Shown here one piece after another: positions 11,598-22,577 of a stretch of DNA of 64,000 bases. Location: positions 1-64,000 of the forward strand of contig OZ219868.1 in assembly GCA_964291495.2 (NCBI GenBank), in the 5' to 3' direction. The position numbers and the translations under genes are program-made. The notes beneath the pieces are model-generated. The model searched no databases. It worked only from the letters and a program-made list of their open reading frames with translations, and was not told the origin of the DNA. Every line of letters starts with the position of its first letter. Within the stretch, counting starts at the first letter, position 1. The stretch comes from Dehalococcoidia bacterium. GTDB lineage: Bacteria; Chloroflexota; Dehalococcoidia; UBA2979.

Positions 11598-12845
11598 CTA
11601 CTCGCCGAACGCAACGGCCTCGAGGTCCTCGATCCGCTCGTCCTCTGTGAAGCGCCAGATCCCGATGTGACCCCGCAGCAGGTCGCCGTTTGCGTCCCAG
11701 TCCAGCGAGACCGCCGCGCCGTCGTAGTCGACCTCGCCACCGCCGGCAAGAACCTCGAGGGCGCGCGCGACGCCCTCCGCCCCCGCGACCACGACCTCGC
11801 CCGGCGCCGCGCCGATGGAGCGTAGCTGGTCGCGGATGGCGGCGCCCTCGAGGCTGCCCGCCGCCTCGGCGGCGAGGGCGAGGGCGATGGCGGCGTCGTA
11901 GGTCTCGCGCACGTAGGGAGTCACCGGCAGCTCCCCGTACGCCCCCCGGTAGGCCGAATCCCACGCCGCCTGCGCCTCGGTGCCCGGGTTGGCGACGCCC
12001 GCCGTCCCGTACATCCCGCCGATGTGGTCCCCGCCGATCACCTGGACCAGCGCCAGCCGGCGCGCGGCGTCGCCGAATACGAACTGGTGATACAGGCCCG
12101 CGTCGAGCGCCTCGCGCACGATCGTCTCCGCTTCGTCCGCGAACGTGATCACGACCAGCGCGTCGCTGTCGCCGGTCTCCCGAAGCTCGGGGAGATACGT
12201 CTCGGCGTCCGGCTGGATCGCCACGGCGGTGATGTCGCCGTCCCAGGCAGCCGCGAACGTCTCGTAGAGCCCTCGGCCCCACGCGTCGTCGCGGTAGACC
12301 ACGCCGACGCGCTCGAAGCCGCGCTCACGGGTCAGGCGCGCAAGGACCGGGCCCTGCGCCACGTCTGAGAGCGCGGCTCTGAAGAAGAAGTCGCCGTCAT
12401 CGGCCGTCGTCAGCATCGGCGAGGTCGCCGATGGGCTGATCATCGGGATGCCGGCGGGCCGCGCCACTTGCTCGGCGACGGGGATCGAGTTCGCGCTGGA
12501 ACTGGGGCCGACGAGCGCGTGGACGCCTTCGACCTCGACGAGCCGCCGTGCGACCTCGACGGCGGTGTCCGGGTCGGACGTCGGGTCGGCGAGCACGTAG
12601 GTGACCGGGCGTCCGAGGACGCCCCCGGCGTCGTTGATGTGCCGTATCGCGAGGTCGAAGCCTTGCCGGCGCACCATGGACGCCTCGTCAACGCCCTCGC
12701 CAGAATCGAGCAGCAGCCCGATCTTCAGCGGCTCCTGCTCGTCGCCGCCACAGGACGCCGTCACCGCGAGGGCGGCGGCCACCACGACAGTCGCGAGGAG
12801 CCGGGCCCCGTCGCGCAAGTACGCCCGTAGTCTCATCAAGGTCAT
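11598..12845 (-). CDS. ABC transporter substrate-binding lipoprotein (branched-chain amino acid/LivK-like fold)
   Basis: Lipobox TASC, IND.GGVLGR, ISPSATSP.LT, YDA, DWD.NGD. Confidence 0.85.
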   Translation of the reverse strand: MTLMRLRAYLRDGARLLATVVVAAALAVTASCGGDEQEPLKIGLLLDSGEGVDEASMVRRQGFDLAIRHINDAGGVLGRPVTYVLADPTSDPDTAVEVARRLVEVEGVHALVGPSSSANSIPVAEQVARPAGIPMISPSATSPMLTTADDGDFFFRAALSDVAQGPVLARLTRERGFERVGVVYRDDAWGRGLYETFAAAWDGDITAVAIQPDAETYLPELRETGDSDALVVITFADEAETIVREALDAGLYHQFVFGDAARRLALVQVIGGDHIGGMYGTAGVANPGTEAQAAWDSAYRGAYGELPVTPYVRETYDAAIALALAAEAAGSLEGAAIRDQLRSIGAAPGEVVVAGAEGVARALEVLAGGGEVDYDGAAVSLDWDANGDLLRGHIGIWRFTEDERIEDLEAVAFGE

Positions 12846-12858
12846 CGCTCCGCCGCCC

Positions 12859-14247
12859 CTACGGGTGCGTCATCTCCTCCGGCTTCACCCACTCGTCGAA
12901 CTCGGCGTCCGTGACGTAGCCGAGGTCCAGCGCGGCCTCGCGCAGCGTCGAGGCGTGGACGTGGGCGTGGTGGGCGACCTCGGCGGCGCGGTCGTAGCCG
13001 ATGTGCGGGCTCAGCGCCGTCACCAGCATCAGCGAGGACTCCATCAGCTCGCGGATGCGCGCGTGGTTCGGCTCGATGCCGACGACGCAGTTGTCGGTGA
13101 AGGAGACGGCGGCGTCGCCCAGCAGGCGGATCGACTGCAGCGTGTTGTAGACGATCACCGGCTTGAAGACGTTGAGCTCGAAGTGCCCCGTCGCGCCGCC
13201 GACGTTGACCGCCACGTCGTTGCCGATCACCTGCGCGCAGACCATCGTCAGCGCCTCGGACTGCGTCGGGTTCACCTTGCCCGGCATGATCGAGGAGCCC
13301 GGCTCGTTGGCGGGCAGCATCAGCTCGGCGACGCCGGCGCGCGGGCCCGAGCCGAGCAGCCGCACGTCGTTCGCGATCTTCATCAGCGAGGCGGCCACGG
13401 TCTTGAGCTGGCCCGACAGCTCGACCTGCGCGTCGTGCGCGGCGAGCGACTCGAACTTGTTGGGCGCGGTCACGAAGGGCAGCCCCGTGATGCGCGCGAT
13501 CTCCTCGGCGACCCGCTCGCCGTACTCGGGGTGCGCGTTGAGGCCGGTGCCGACGGCGGTGCCGCCGAGGGCGAGCTCGCAGACGCGAGGCAGGGCGCTC
13601 TCCACGCGCAGGATCGCGTTCTCGACCTGCTTGACGTAACCGGAGAACTCCTGGCCGAGCGTCAGCGGCGTCGCATCCATCAGGTGGGTGCGGCCGATCT
13701 TCACGATGTCCTCGAAGTCCGCTTGCCTGGCGGCCAGCGCCGCGTGCAGGTGCGTGAGGCCGGGCACGAGGCGGTGCGTGACCTCCTCGGCGGTCGCGAT
13801 CGACATCGCGCCGGGGAAGACGTCGTTTGAGGACTGCGACATGTTGACGTGGTCGTTGGGGTGAATCGGGTCCTTGGAGCCGCGCTCGCCGCCGAGCAGC
13901 TCGATGGCGCGGTTCGAGATCACCTCGTTGGCGTTCATGTTGGACTGGGTGCCGGAGCCGGTCTGCCAGACGACGAGCGGGAAGTGGTCGTCGAGGTCGC
14001 CGGCGATCACCTCCTGCGCGGCCGAGCGGATCGCGTCGGCGAGCCCGCCGTCGAGCCGGCCGAGGCTCTCGTTGGCGCTCGCCGAGGCGTGCTTGACGAT
14101 GCCGAGTGCGCGGATGATCGAGCGCGGCATGCGCTCGTCCCCGATCTTGAAGTTCTCGAGCGAGCGCTGCGTCTGCGCCCCCCAGTACCGGTCATCCGCC
14201 ACCTCGATGGCGCCCATGCTGTCGGTCTCTGTGCGTGTGCTGCTCAT
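12859..14247 (-). CDS. fumC: Class II fumarate hydratase
   Basis: [46 protein letters not shown]. Confidence 0.97.
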   Translation of the reverse strand: MSSTRTETDSMGAIEVADDRYWGAQTQRSLENFKIGDERMPRSIIRALGIVKHASASANESLGRLDGGLADAIRSAAQEVIAGDLDDHFPLVVWQTGSGTQSNMNANEVISNRAIELLGGERGSKDPIHPNDHVNMSQSSNDVFPGAMSIATAEEVTHRLVPGLTHLHAALAARQADFEDIVKIGRTHLMDATPLTLGQEFSGYVKQVENAILRVESALPRVCELALGGTAVGTGLNAHPEYGERVAEEIARITGLPFVTAPNKFESLAAHDAQVELSGQLKTVAASLMKIANDVRLLGSGPRAGVAELMLPANEPGSSIMPGKVNPTQSEALTMVCAQVIGNDVAVNVGGATGHFELNVFKPVIVYNTLQSIRLLGDAAVSFTDNCVVGIEPNHARIRELMESSLMLVTALSPHIGYDRAAEVAHHAHVHASTLREAALDLGYVTDAEFDEWVKPEEMTHP

Positions 14248-14387
14248 GGCCTCGTGCTCCCTCGTCGGGGTGGTGCTGTCAGCGTCGGGAGGAGGGTAGC
14301 GGTGTTGGGGGTTGTGGGCAGCAGGAGGCGGCTTTTGCCGGTCGGTCGCACGTGCGTTCGGAAGCCGGGTCGCGTATCGTCGGTGCG

Positions 14388-15275
14388 ATGAAGCCGCGTG
14401 AAGCGTTCCTGCGAGAACTGGCCGAGCGGGCGGGCGAGCTAAAGAGGCTTGGCCGCAGCCGCTCGCTGTTCGAGATCGGCGACGGGCAGGCGTTCGTCTA
14501 CCTCCGCTACTCGCGCGTCCACCCGAATGGCGCGACGTTCTACGGCCTGCGCGAGGAAGACCTGCGCGAACTGGAGGGGCGCACCGCGTTCATCGCCCTG
14601 CTGTGGGACGGGCAGACCGAGCCGCTGCTGCTGCCCCTCGCCGAGTTCGCCGGGCTCTTCGAGGAGTCCGAGGCCGCCGCCGACGGCCAGTTCAAGGCGC
14701 AGGTGTACCTGCGTGGCGATGATCCGACCGAGTTCTATGTGACGAGAGCCGGACGCCACAACGTGGAGCCGTACTTCGGTTGGGAGCCGCTGCTGAGCGC
14801 CCTCGCCGACTCACGGGATGAGACGCCCGCTCTCGATCACTCGCAGGTCCAGACGCTGCTCGGGGCCATCGGCGACTCGCGCGGGCTGGATGTCTGGATA
14901 CCGCCGAACGACCGATCGAAGATGGACTGGACGCTGGCCCCGCAGTTTCCGTTCCGGACGTCCATCCCGCCGGGGCTCGACGCCGTGCTGCGCGAGATCG
15001 ATGTCGTCTGGATGGCTCGTGGCGGCAGCGCGCCGGTCAGCCTCTACGAGATCGAGTACTCGACGCCCGTTTACTCGGGGCTGCTGCGCTTCAACGACAC
15101 GCACCTGACGATCGGCGAGTCCGCGAAGTTCACCGTCGTCTCCGACGAGAACCGGCGCGCCCTGTTCGCGCGGCAGGTGCGCCGCCCGACGTTCCAGGCG
15201 AGCGGCCTCGACAAGCTCTGCGGCTTCATGACCTACGGCGAGGTGTACCGCTGGCATCAACGCTCGGCGGCGTAG
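14388..15275 (+). CDS. Hypothetical protein with C-terminal PD-(D/E)XK restriction-endonuclease-like domain
   Basis: [15 protein letters not shown]...YEIEYST..YSGLLR pattern; 295 aa. Confidence 0.55.
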   Translation: MKPREAFLRELAERAGELKRLGRSRSLFEIGDGQAFVYLRYSRVHPNGATFYGLREEDLRELEGRTAFIALLWDGQTEPLLLPLAEFAGLFEESEAAADGQFKAQVYLRGDDPTEFYVTRAGRHNVEPYFGWEPLLSALADSRDETPALDHSQVQTLLGAIGDSRGLDVWIPPNDRSKMDWTLAPQFPFRTSIPPGLDAVLREIDVVWMARGGSAPVSLYEIEYSTPVYSGLLRFNDTHLTIGESAKFTVVSDENRRALFARQVRRPTFQASGLDKLCGFMTYGEVYRWHQRSAA

Positions 15276-15291
15276 CAAGGGGGAGGACGGC

Positions 15292-15516
15292 ATGGCGAGC
15301 GAGACGAACGGTAGCGCGAACGGCGTCGGGGAGCAGCACTACCTGCTCTTCATCTGGGGCGGGGTCGAGCCGGAGCTGCACGGCCCCTATGCCACGGACG
15401 ACGACCGCCTCGAGGCCGCACGCGCCCTCGCAGACGACGACCACGGCATCTTCCGGCTCGACGTGACGGGGACGGTCGAGGTGACGAGCTTCGGGGCGGC
15501 AGAGGTCGACGACTAG
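15292..15516 (+). CDS. Hypothetical acidic protein (74 aa)
   Basis: RBS GGAGG, ATG, GC3-biased codons. Confidence 0.65.
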   Translation: MASETNGSANGVGEQHYLLFIWGGVEPELHGPYATDDDRLEAARALADDDHGIFRLDVTGTVEVTSFGAAEVDD

Positions 15517-15521
15517 GGGTA

Positions 15522-15550
15522 TTGACAAAGCGTGTGCGCGGGTGTCTGAT
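15522..15550 (+). promoter_or_regulatory. Putative sigma70 promoter for the DUF2188 gene
   Basis: TTGACA (15522-15527), 17-nt spacer, TCTGAT (15545-15550). Confidence 0.45.
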
Positions 15551-15588
15551 CGATTAGAAAGCATGTACGAGAGTCGGGGGAGTTTTCT

Positions 15589-15810
15589 ATGGGCCGCAAC
15601 CAGCATGTTGTTCCGCATCAGGACGGCTGGGCCGTACGGGGTGCTGGCAACCAGCGGGCAACGTCGGAGCATCCCACGCAGGCGGAAGCAATCGATACAG
15701 GGCGTCAGATCGCCCGCAACCAAGGGTCGGAACTGCTCATTCACGGGCGGAACGGGCAGATTCGCGAGCGGGACAGCTACGGCAACGATCCGTTCCCGCC
15801 AAGGGGGTAG
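15589..15810 (+). CDS. DUF2188 (YdaT-like) protein
   Basis: HVVP..DGWAV.G.G..RA....TQAEAI..GR.IA......L.IHGRNGQIRERDSYGNDP.PP.G. Confidence 0.9.
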   Translation: MGRNQHVVPHQDGWAVRGAGNQRATSEHPTQAEAIDTGRQIARNQGSELLIHGRNGQIRERDSYGNDPFPPRG

Positions 15811-15816
15811 GGGTCC

Positions 15817-16155
15817 ATGTCAACCGAGTTCAAGTACCAGGGTGAGACGTTCCAGCTAGACGACTCCAAGGGCTGCTACATCGAGGTCATGTACGAGGAC
15901 CAGCTCGGCCATGTGGGCGTCTCCTTGCAGAGTACGAAGGGTGCGCCTTACGCGTGGTCCGCCAATCGCCCCGGTCGGATCACGGCGGAAGGCCTTCGCT
16001 CCGGCACTTCGAGTGGGCCGGACGTACAGAGCAACCTCGAGGCACTTTGTGCCGAGCTATTGCGTTTGCAGCGGCAGGCGGAAGCGCACAAGGCCTTCAA
16101 CGCAGAGGCGGCGTGCAAGTCGCTCCACGAGTACGTGGAGTCGCTGACCGGGTGA
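15817..16155 (+). CDS. Hypothetical protein (112 aa)
   Basis: ORF 6 nt after DUF2188 stop; plausible globular composition. Confidence 0.65.
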   Translation: MSTEFKYQGETFQLDDSKGCYIEVMYEDQLGHVGVSLQSTKGAPYAWSANRPGRITAEGLRSGTSSGPDVQSNLEALCAELLRLQRQAEAHKAFNAEAACKSLHEYVESLTG

Positions 16156-16179
16156 CCCGGCGCGGTCCGCGTGGGGCCG

Positions 16180-17112
16180 CTACCCCGCGGGCGTAGCCGC
16201 GACCAGCTCCAGCACCGCGTCGCCGGCGGCCTGGATGGCGGCGACCTCGGAGGGGTCGAGGGGGGGCTCGTAGACCTCGAGGATGCCGCCGGCGCCGAGC
16301 AGGACCGGGGCGCCGACGTAGGCGTTCTCGATGCCCCACTGGCCGTCCAGCAGCGTGCAGCAGGGGAGGATGCGGCGCTCGTCGCGCAGGATTGCGTCGA
16401 CCATCTCGATCGTCGCGGCGGCGGGGGCGGTGAAGGCCGAGCCGGTCTTGAGCAGGCCGACGATCTCGGCGCCGCCCGTCATCGTGCGGTCCACGACGGC
16501 GTCGATGCGGTCCTGCGCCAGCAGCGCGGTCAGCGGGACGCCGCCGACCGTGGCCGTGGAGACGATCGGGACCATCGTCGCCTCGGTGTGGCCGCCGAGG
16601 ACCCAGGCCGAGACGTCGCGCACGGAGACGCCCAGCTCCATCGCGATGAAGGTGCGGTAGCGCGTGCTGTCGAGCATCCCGCCCTGGCCGACGACGCGCG
16701 CGGCGGGCAGCCCGCTCGTCTCGAGGGCGACGTGGCACATCGCGTCCATCGGGTTGGCGAAGATGACCAGCACCGCGTCCGGCGAGTGCTCGACGGCCTG
16801 CGCGACGACGCTGCGCACGATGCCGGCGTTCGTGCCGAGCAGGTCCTCGCGCGTCATGCCGGGCCGGCGCGCGACGCCCGAGGTGACGACGACGACGTCG
16901 GAGCCGGCGGTGTCGGCCCAGTCGTTGGTGCCGCTGACGGAGCTGCTGAAGCCAACCCAGGGGGCGCCCTCGGCGATGTCGAGCGCCTTGCCCTGCGGCA
17001 GGCCCTCGACGATGTCGATCAGCATGACGTCGGCGTAGCCGCGCGAGGCGAGGATCTGCGCCATGGTGGCGCCGGTGTTCCCCGCTCCGACAATCGTCAC
17101 CTTGCTCCGCAC
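16180..17112 (-). CDS. mdh: Malate dehydrogenase (LDH-like)
   Basis: GAGNTG, GKALD, RRPGMTREDL, NPMDAM, LDSTR, GGH, GGAEIV.LLKTGSA. Confidence 0.95.
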   Translation of the reverse strand: MRSKVTIVGAGNTGATMAQILASRGYADVMLIDIVEGLPQGKALDIAEGAPWVGFSSSVSGTNDWADTAGSDVVVVTSGVARRPGMTREDLLGTNAGIVRSVVAQAVEHSPDAVLVIFANPMDAMCHVALETSGLPAARVVGQGGMLDSTRYRTFIAMELGVSVRDVSAWVLGGHTEATMVPIVSTATVGGVPLTALLAQDRIDAVVDRTMTGGAEIVGLLKTGSAFTAPAAATIEMVDAILRDERRILPCCTLLDGQWGIENAYVGAPVLLGAGGILEVYEPPLDPSEVAAIQAAGDAVLELVAATPAG

Positions 17113-17246
17113 GCTGTCCCCCCTCGGCGTTCCGGGCCGCGCGTCGCGCGCGGACGCCCGCTCAGTCTGCTGCGTTGCTGGTCTGCTGCCCGGACTCGCC
17201 CCTCAGCGCCCGCCGGGGGCGCCTCGAGGCGTGGTCGCGGCTGCGC

Positions 17247-18464
17247 TCAGGAGCCCATCTCCTGCTGCAGGCGCTCCTCGATGCTGTCGAAGAAGGCGCC
17301 GGTGTTCAGGAACGGCACATCGGGCCCGATGTGCATCGCCAGGTCCTTGGTCATGTTGCCGGCCTCGACGGTCTCGATGCAGGCGCGCTCGACGACCTCG
17401 GCGAACTGCTCGACCTCGGGCGTGTCGTCCATGCGGCCGCGGTACTGCAGCCCGCGCGTCCACGCGAAGATCGAGGCGATCGGGTTCGTCGAGGTCTCGT
17501 TGCCGAGCAGGTGCTCGCGGTAGTGGCGCGTGACGGTGCCGTGCGCCGCTTCCGCCTCGACGGTGTTGCCGTCGGGCGTGAGTAGCACCGAGGTCATCAG
17601 TCCGAGCGAGCCGTAGCCCTGCGCGACCACGTCCGACTGCACGTCGCCGTCGTAGTTCTTGCAGGCCCAGACGAAGCCGCCGTTCCACTTCATCGCCTGC
17701 GCGACCATGTCGTCGATCAGGCGGTGCTCGTAGGTCAGGCCCGCCTCGGCGAACTTGTCGGCGAACTCATCGTCGAAGACCTGCTGGAAGAGGTCGCGGA
17801 AGCGTCCGTCGTAGCGCTTGAGGATCGTGTTCTTCGTGGCGAAGTAGAGCGGGTACTGGCGCTGCAGCGAGTAGTTCATGCAGGCGCGCGCGAAGCCGCG
17901 GATCGAGTCGTCGAGGTTGTACATGCCCATGGCGGTGCCGCCGCCGGGGAAGTCCATCACCTCGTACTCGGTCGGCTCGCCGCCGTCCGCGGGGGTGAAG
18001 GTCATCGTCAGCTTGCCGGCGCCGGGGACGACGAAGTCGGTGGCGCGATACTGGTCGCCGTGGGCGTGGCGGCCGATCACCATCGGCTGCGTCCAGCCGG
18101 GCACGAGCCTCGGGACGTTCGAGATCACGATCGGCTCACGGAAGACGGTGCCGCCGAGGATGTTGCGGATCGTGCCGTTGGGGGAGGGCCACATCTCCTT
18201 GAGGTCGAACTCCTCGACGCGGTCCTCGTCGGCGGTGATCGTCGCGCACTTCACGCCAACGCCGTACTGCTGGATCGCCTTCGCGCAGTCGACGGTGATC
18301 TGGTCGTTGGTGGCGTCGCGCGACTGGATGCTGAGGTCGTAGTACTTCAGGTCGATGTCGAGGTACGGGAGGATCAGCCGTTCGCGGATCCAGGCCCAGA
18401 TGATGCGCGTCATCTCGTCGCCGTCGAGCTCGACGATCGGGTTGGCTACGGGGATTTTCGCCAT
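17247..18464 (-). CDS. icd: NADP-dependent isocitrate dehydrogenase (eukaryote-like type II)
   Basis: [54 protein letters not shown]. Confidence 0.96.
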   Translation of the reverse strand: MAKIPVANPIVELDGDEMTRIIWAWIRERLILPYLDIDLKYYDLSIQSRDATNDQITVDCAKAIQQYGVGVKCATITADEDRVEEFDLKEMWPSPNGTIRNILGGTVFREPIVISNVPRLVPGWTQPMVIGRHAHGDQYRATDFVVPGAGKLTMTFTPADGGEPTEYEVMDFPGGGTAMGMYNLDDSIRGFARACMNYSLQRQYPLYFATKNTILKRYDGRFRDLFQQVFDDEFADKFAEAGLTYEHRLIDDMVAQAMKWNGGFVWACKNYDGDVQSDVVAQGYGSLGLMTSVLLTPDGNTVEAEAAHGTVTRHYREHLLGNETSTNPIASIFAWTRGLQYRGRMDDTPEVEQFAEVVERACIETVEAGNMTKDLAMHIGPDVPFLNTGAFFDSIEERLQQEMGS

Positions 18465-18559
18465 CGGGCGGGCTCCTTCGGTTGCGCGTTTCGCACGCCT
18501 CGTTCTTGCCGCTGCCTGGCGTCGCTGAGCCGCGCGCGCTCGCGCAGCCTCGGGCGGCG

Positions 18560-20104
18560 CTACAGCGGGATGTTCCCGTGCTTCTTCGCCAGCGGCGATT
18601 CGGCCTTGCTCTGCAGCATCCGCAACGCCGTCGCGACGCGGCGGCGCGTCTCGCGCGGGTCGATCACGTCGTCGACGTAGCCCTTCGCGGCTGCGATATA
18701 GGGATGCTCGAAGCGGGTCTGGTAGTCGGCGACGAGCTCGGCGCGGACGGCGGCCTCGTCCTCGGCGCCCTGCAGCTCGCGGCGGTTGATGATGTTCACC
18801 GCCTGGTGTCCGCCCATCACGGCGATCGCGCCGCCCGGCCACACGAAGTTGACGTCGGCTCCGAGGTGCTTCGAGCCCATCGCGACGTAGGCGCCGCCGA
18901 AGGCCTTGCGTGTGATCACGGTGATCTTCGGCACGCTCGCCTCGGCGTAGGCGTAGAGCAGCTTCGCGCCGTGCGAGATGATGCCGCCGTACTCCTGCGA
19001 GACGCCCGGGAGGTAGCCCGGCACGTCGACCAGCGTGATGATCGGCACGTTGAAGGCGTCGCAGATGCGGACGAAGCGCGCCGCCTTGCGCGAGGAGTCG
19101 ATGTCCAGCACGCCCCCGAGGTACATCGGCTGGTTGGCGACGACACCGACGGCCTGGCCGCCGATCCGCCCGAACCCGACGACGAGGTTCTGCGCGAAGT
19201 ACTCGTGCACCTCCATGAACTCGCCGTTGTCGACGAGCCGTTCGATCAGGTCGCGCACGTCGTAGGGCAGCGCATCGTCGTCCGGGACGACGCTCAGGAT
19301 GTCGTCGAGCAGGCGGTTGGGGTCGTCACCCTGGTCGAGTGCCGGGGGGTTCTCGACGTTGTTGGCGGGGAGGAAGGAGAGCAGGCGGCGCACCTCGTCG
19401 AGGCAGGTCTGCTCGTCGCCGTAGGCGAAGTGCGCGACGCCGGACTTGGCGGCGTGCGACATCGCGCCGCCGAGTTCCTCGAAGGTGGTCTGCTCGCCGG
19501 TGACGCTCTGGATGACGTCGGGGCCGGTGATGTACATCTGCGAGGTGCCCTCGACCATGAAGACGAAGTCCGTGATCGCGGGCGAGTAGACGGCGCCGCC
19601 GGCGCAGGGGCCCATGATCACGCTGATCTGCGGGATCACACCGGAGCCGCGCACGTTGCGGTAGAAGATGTCGCCGTAGCCGGCGAGCGAGGCGACGCCC
19701 TCCTGGATGCGTGCCCCACCCGAGTCGTTGAGGCCGATCATCGGGACACCGGTCTTGATGGCGAGGTCCATCGCCTTGCTCATCTTCTCGCCGACCACGG
19801 TGGAGAGCGATCCGCCGTAGACCGTGAAGTCCTGCGCGAAGAGGCAGACGTAGCGGCCGTCGATCTGGCCCCAGCCCGTGACGACGGCGTCACCGTAGAA
19901 GCGCTCGCCCGTGCCGTTCTCGCTCCAGTCGAACCCGAGCGTGTCGAGCTCCTCGAAGCTGCCGGGGTCGATCAGCGACTCGATGCGTTCGCGCGCCGTC
20001 AGCTTCTCGCGCGCGTGCTGGGCGTCGATGCGATCCTGCCCGCCGCCGAGGGCGGCGCTGGCCTTCATCGAGGCAAGCTGATCGAGGTGCTGTTCGTGGC
20101 TCAT
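18560..20104 (-). CDS. pccB: Acyl-CoA (propionyl-CoA) carboxylase beta / carboxyltransferase subunit
   Basis: [46 protein letters not shown]. Confidence 0.88.
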   Translation of the reverse strand: MSHEQHLDQLASMKASAALGGGQDRIDAQHAREKLTARERIESLIDPGSFEELDTLGFDWSENGTGERFYGDAVVTGWGQIDGRYVCLFAQDFTVYGGSLSTVVGEKMSKAMDLAIKTGVPMIGLNDSGGARIQEGVASLAGYGDIFYRNVRGSGVIPQISVIMGPCAGGAVYSPAITDFVFMVEGTSQMYITGPDVIQSVTGEQTTFEELGGAMSHAAKSGVAHFAYGDEQTCLDEVRRLLSFLPANNVENPPALDQGDDPNRLLDDILSVVPDDDALPYDVRDLIERLVDNGEFMEVHEYFAQNLVVGFGRIGGQAVGVVANQPMYLGGVLDIDSSRKAARFVRICDAFNVPIITLVDVPGYLPGVSQEYGGIISHGAKLLYAYAEASVPKITVITRKAFGGAYVAMGSKHLGADVNFVWPGGAIAVMGGHQAVNIINRRELQGAEDEAAVRAELVADYQTRFEHPYIAAAKGYVDDVIDPRETRRRVATALRMLQSKAESPLAKKHGNIPL

Positions 20105-20221
20105 AGCCGCCTGACGATACTCCTGAACGCGTGCCGAGTCCGGGCGGCAAGCCGCCCGGCTCCGACTGAGTAGTATCGGCTGCTTTGGCCCGCAGCGCCA
20201 CTGCGCGGCGGGCCAGGCGGG

Positions 20222-21085
20222 CTACTGACCCGCGGCCGGGATGTTGAGCACCTGGCCGATCTGCAGGTTATTGAGCTCGTCGATCGTCAGCTCGTTGGCG
20301 TCGGCCAGCGCCTGCAGCGTCACGCCGAAGGCCTCCGCGATCCCGGTGGCGGTGTCACCGTCGGTGACGGTGTAGGTGGCCGCGCTGCTGCCGCCCTCGG
20401 TCGTCGCCTCCGGTGTGGGCGTGGGCGTGGGCTCCGGAGCCGGGGCCGCGTCCGGAATGTCCAGCACCTGGCCGACGAAGACCAGCGAGGCGTCAGAGAT
20501 GTCGTTCGCCTCCATGATCGCCTCGATGGTGGTGCCGTACTGATCGGCGATGGCGGAGAGGGTGTCGCCCTCCACGACGGTGTGCGTGCGCCCGCCCGTG
20601 TCCGAGCCGTCCGAGCCTCCACTGCTCGGCGCTGCTGCCGGGATAGTCAACTCCTGGCCGACGAAGATCAGCGAGGCGTCGGTGATGTCGTTTGCCTCCA
20701 TGATCGCCTCGACGGTCGCGCCGTACTGATCGGCGATCGCGGACAGCGTGTCGCCCTCGACGACGACGTGGGTGGTCGATGTCGGCGCCGACGTGGTCGT
20801 GGGCGTTGGGGCGGTGCTTTCGGGCGCGCCACCGCCGCCGCCGCTGGTGCCACCACCACCGCCGCTGCTTTCGCTCACGATGGTCGGGGTAGGCCGCGAC
20901 GCAAACGGTGTCGCGGTCGGGATCAACTCACCCTTGGTGGACGTCGGTTGGGCGGTCGGGCTCGCTGTTGCGGTTGCGGTTGCTGCGTCGGCCTCGCTCT
21001 CATCGCCGCCGCCACAGGCGGCGAGGAGGACGACGCTGGCCAGAATGACCGCAACGGCGGTCATTGGCGAAGTGATCAGACGCAT
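20222..21085 (-). CDS. Lipoprotein with three LysM domains
   Basis: LAAC lipobox; 3x H/Y.V.EGDT...IA..YG.T.EA...AN.I......VGQ.L.IP. Confidence 0.9.
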   Translation of the reverse strand: MRLITSPMTAVAVILASVVLLAACGGGDESEADAATATATASPTAQPTSTKGELIPTATPFASRPTPTIVSESSGGGGGTSGGGGGAPESTAPTPTTTSAPTSTTHVVVEGDTLSAIADQYGATVEAIMEANDITDASLIFVGQELTIPAAAPSSGGSDGSDTGGRTHTVVEGDTLSAIADQYGTTIEAIMEANDISDASLVFVGQVLDIPDAAPAPEPTPTPTPEATTEGGSSAATYTVTDGDTATGIAEAFGVTLQALADANELTIDELNNLQIGQVLNIPAAGQ

Positions 21086-21163
21086 ACGCAGCCAACCTGT
21101 CTCCCCGCCACCTACAATCGTACGTCAGGGCAGGCTGCGCGACAAGCCGATTACCGCGGTCTG

Positions 21164-22528
21164 CTATCGATTTCGTTCCTCGTACAGCCGTTCCAGCAGG
21201 GCGATCGAGACATCGAGGAAGATCGCGAGATCCTCGATGAACACGGTCTCGAGGGTGTCCTGGGGCGTGTGGATGAACTCCGCGCCCCCGCTGTGCACTG
21301 TGATCGCAGGCACGCCGGCCTCCTCGAAGGACGCATGGTCCGAGGATGCGTTCGCCGGGAATGAGCCTCGTGGAATGCCATGGCCGAGCTCGCCGGCCAC
21401 CGCAGCGGCGAGGTCGGCGAGCGCCACATCGCCCGCGATGAAGCGCGGTCCGTCCCCCGCGCGCTGACCGATCCGCGCGACCATGTCGAAGTTCAGCATG
21501 AAGGCCGCGCCCGACACGTCGTGGGCCTGCACAAACGCCCTCGACCCGAAGAGCCCGACCTCCTCCGCGCCGAACGCGATGAAGCAGAGGCCGTCGCCGA
21601 ACTCCTCGGCGCGCGCGACGCGGGCGAGCTCGATCAGCAGCCCCGTCCCGGAGGCGTTGTCGTTCGCACCCTCCGTATCAGGCACGGAGTCGTAGTGCGC
21701 ACCGAGGTAGGCGCGGCACGCGCCGTCCTCGGGGCGACCGACGACGTTCTGGGACGTGCGGACGTCCGACCCGATGTTGCTGCGGATCGTGACCTCGGCG
21801 CTGTCCTCGGCGAGGGCGCGCAGCGGCGATCCGAGGCGGCCCGCCACGCCGATCACCGGGATCGCGATCCCGGTGCCGCGGCCGAGCGTGCCGTAGAGCT
21901 CGCCGGGCTCGTTGTTGATGACGATCACGCCCGCCGCGCCGGCCTCCTCGGCGTTGACGGCCTTGAGCGCGAAGGTCAGCACGCCCCGGTCGAGCAGCAC
22001 GATCGCTCCTTCGACATCGACGCCTTCGAAGTCGGAGAACTCGCCGAGCCCGGCGAAGACCAGCCGGCCGCTGGCCTCGGCGCTCGGGCTCTCGGCAAGC
22101 GGGAAGGCGCGAAGCGGGCCGCTTTCGCCCTCGATCTCGATCGTGGCGTCGTTGATGCGGATCTGCGCCTCGAACTCCTCGATGGCGACGGTGTAGCCGG
22201 CCGCCTCGAATTGCGCGGCCACGTAGGCTGCCGCCTCGCGCTCGCCGTCGGTCCCCGCGAAGCGCTCGCCGATGTCGATGGCGAGCACGCGCAGGTGCTC
22301 GAAGGCGCGCTCCGCTCCGGCGGAGATCACAGGCGCGGCCGCCGAGGTCTCCGACGTTGGTGCCGGCGACGGGCTGGCGGTCGCCGTGGCCGGTGACGGC
22401 GGCGGGCTCGCGGTCGGCGTGGCTGTCGCCTCGCCGGTTGGCGGCGCGTCGTCGTCGCCGCAGCCCGCGAGCAGCAGCGCCGCGATGGCGAGGACCGCGA
22501 GGAGCGCCCTCGATGCGCGCGTGAGCAT
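21164..22528 (-). CDS. M28 family aminopeptidase lipoprotein with PA domain
   Basis: LAGC lipobox, AHYDS, GANDNASG, AEEVGL.GS, NFDM, SDH, HT.QD. Confidence 0.9.
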   Translation of the reverse strand: MLTRASRALLAVLAIAALLLAGCGDDDAPPTGEATATPTASPPPSPATATASPSPAPTSETSAAAPVISAGAERAFEHLRVLAIDIGERFAGTDGEREAAAYVAAQFEAAGYTVAIEEFEAQIRINDATIEIEGESGPLRAFPLAESPSAEASGRLVFAGLGEFSDFEGVDVEGAIVLLDRGVLTFALKAVNAEEAGAAGVIVINNEPGELYGTLGRGTGIAIPVIGVAGRLGSPLRALAEDSAEVTIRSNIGSDVRTSQNVVGRPEDGACRAYLGAHYDSVPDTEGANDNASGTGLLIELARVARAEEFGDGLCFIAFGAEEVGLFGSRAFVQAHDVSGAAFMLNFDMVARIGQRAGDGPRFIAGDVALADLAAAVAGELGHGIPRGSFPANASSDHASFEEAGVPAITVHSGGAEFIHTPQDTLETVFIEDLAIFLDVSIALLERLYEERNR

Positions 22529-22577
22529 CAGCGGCGTGTCCGTGGGTGGTTGGAGGGCCGCGAGTGAGCCGGGGGCG

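Noticed and set aside
20440-20770. Near-identical nucleotide repeats
   Set aside because: Explained by tandem LysM domains in the lipoprotein
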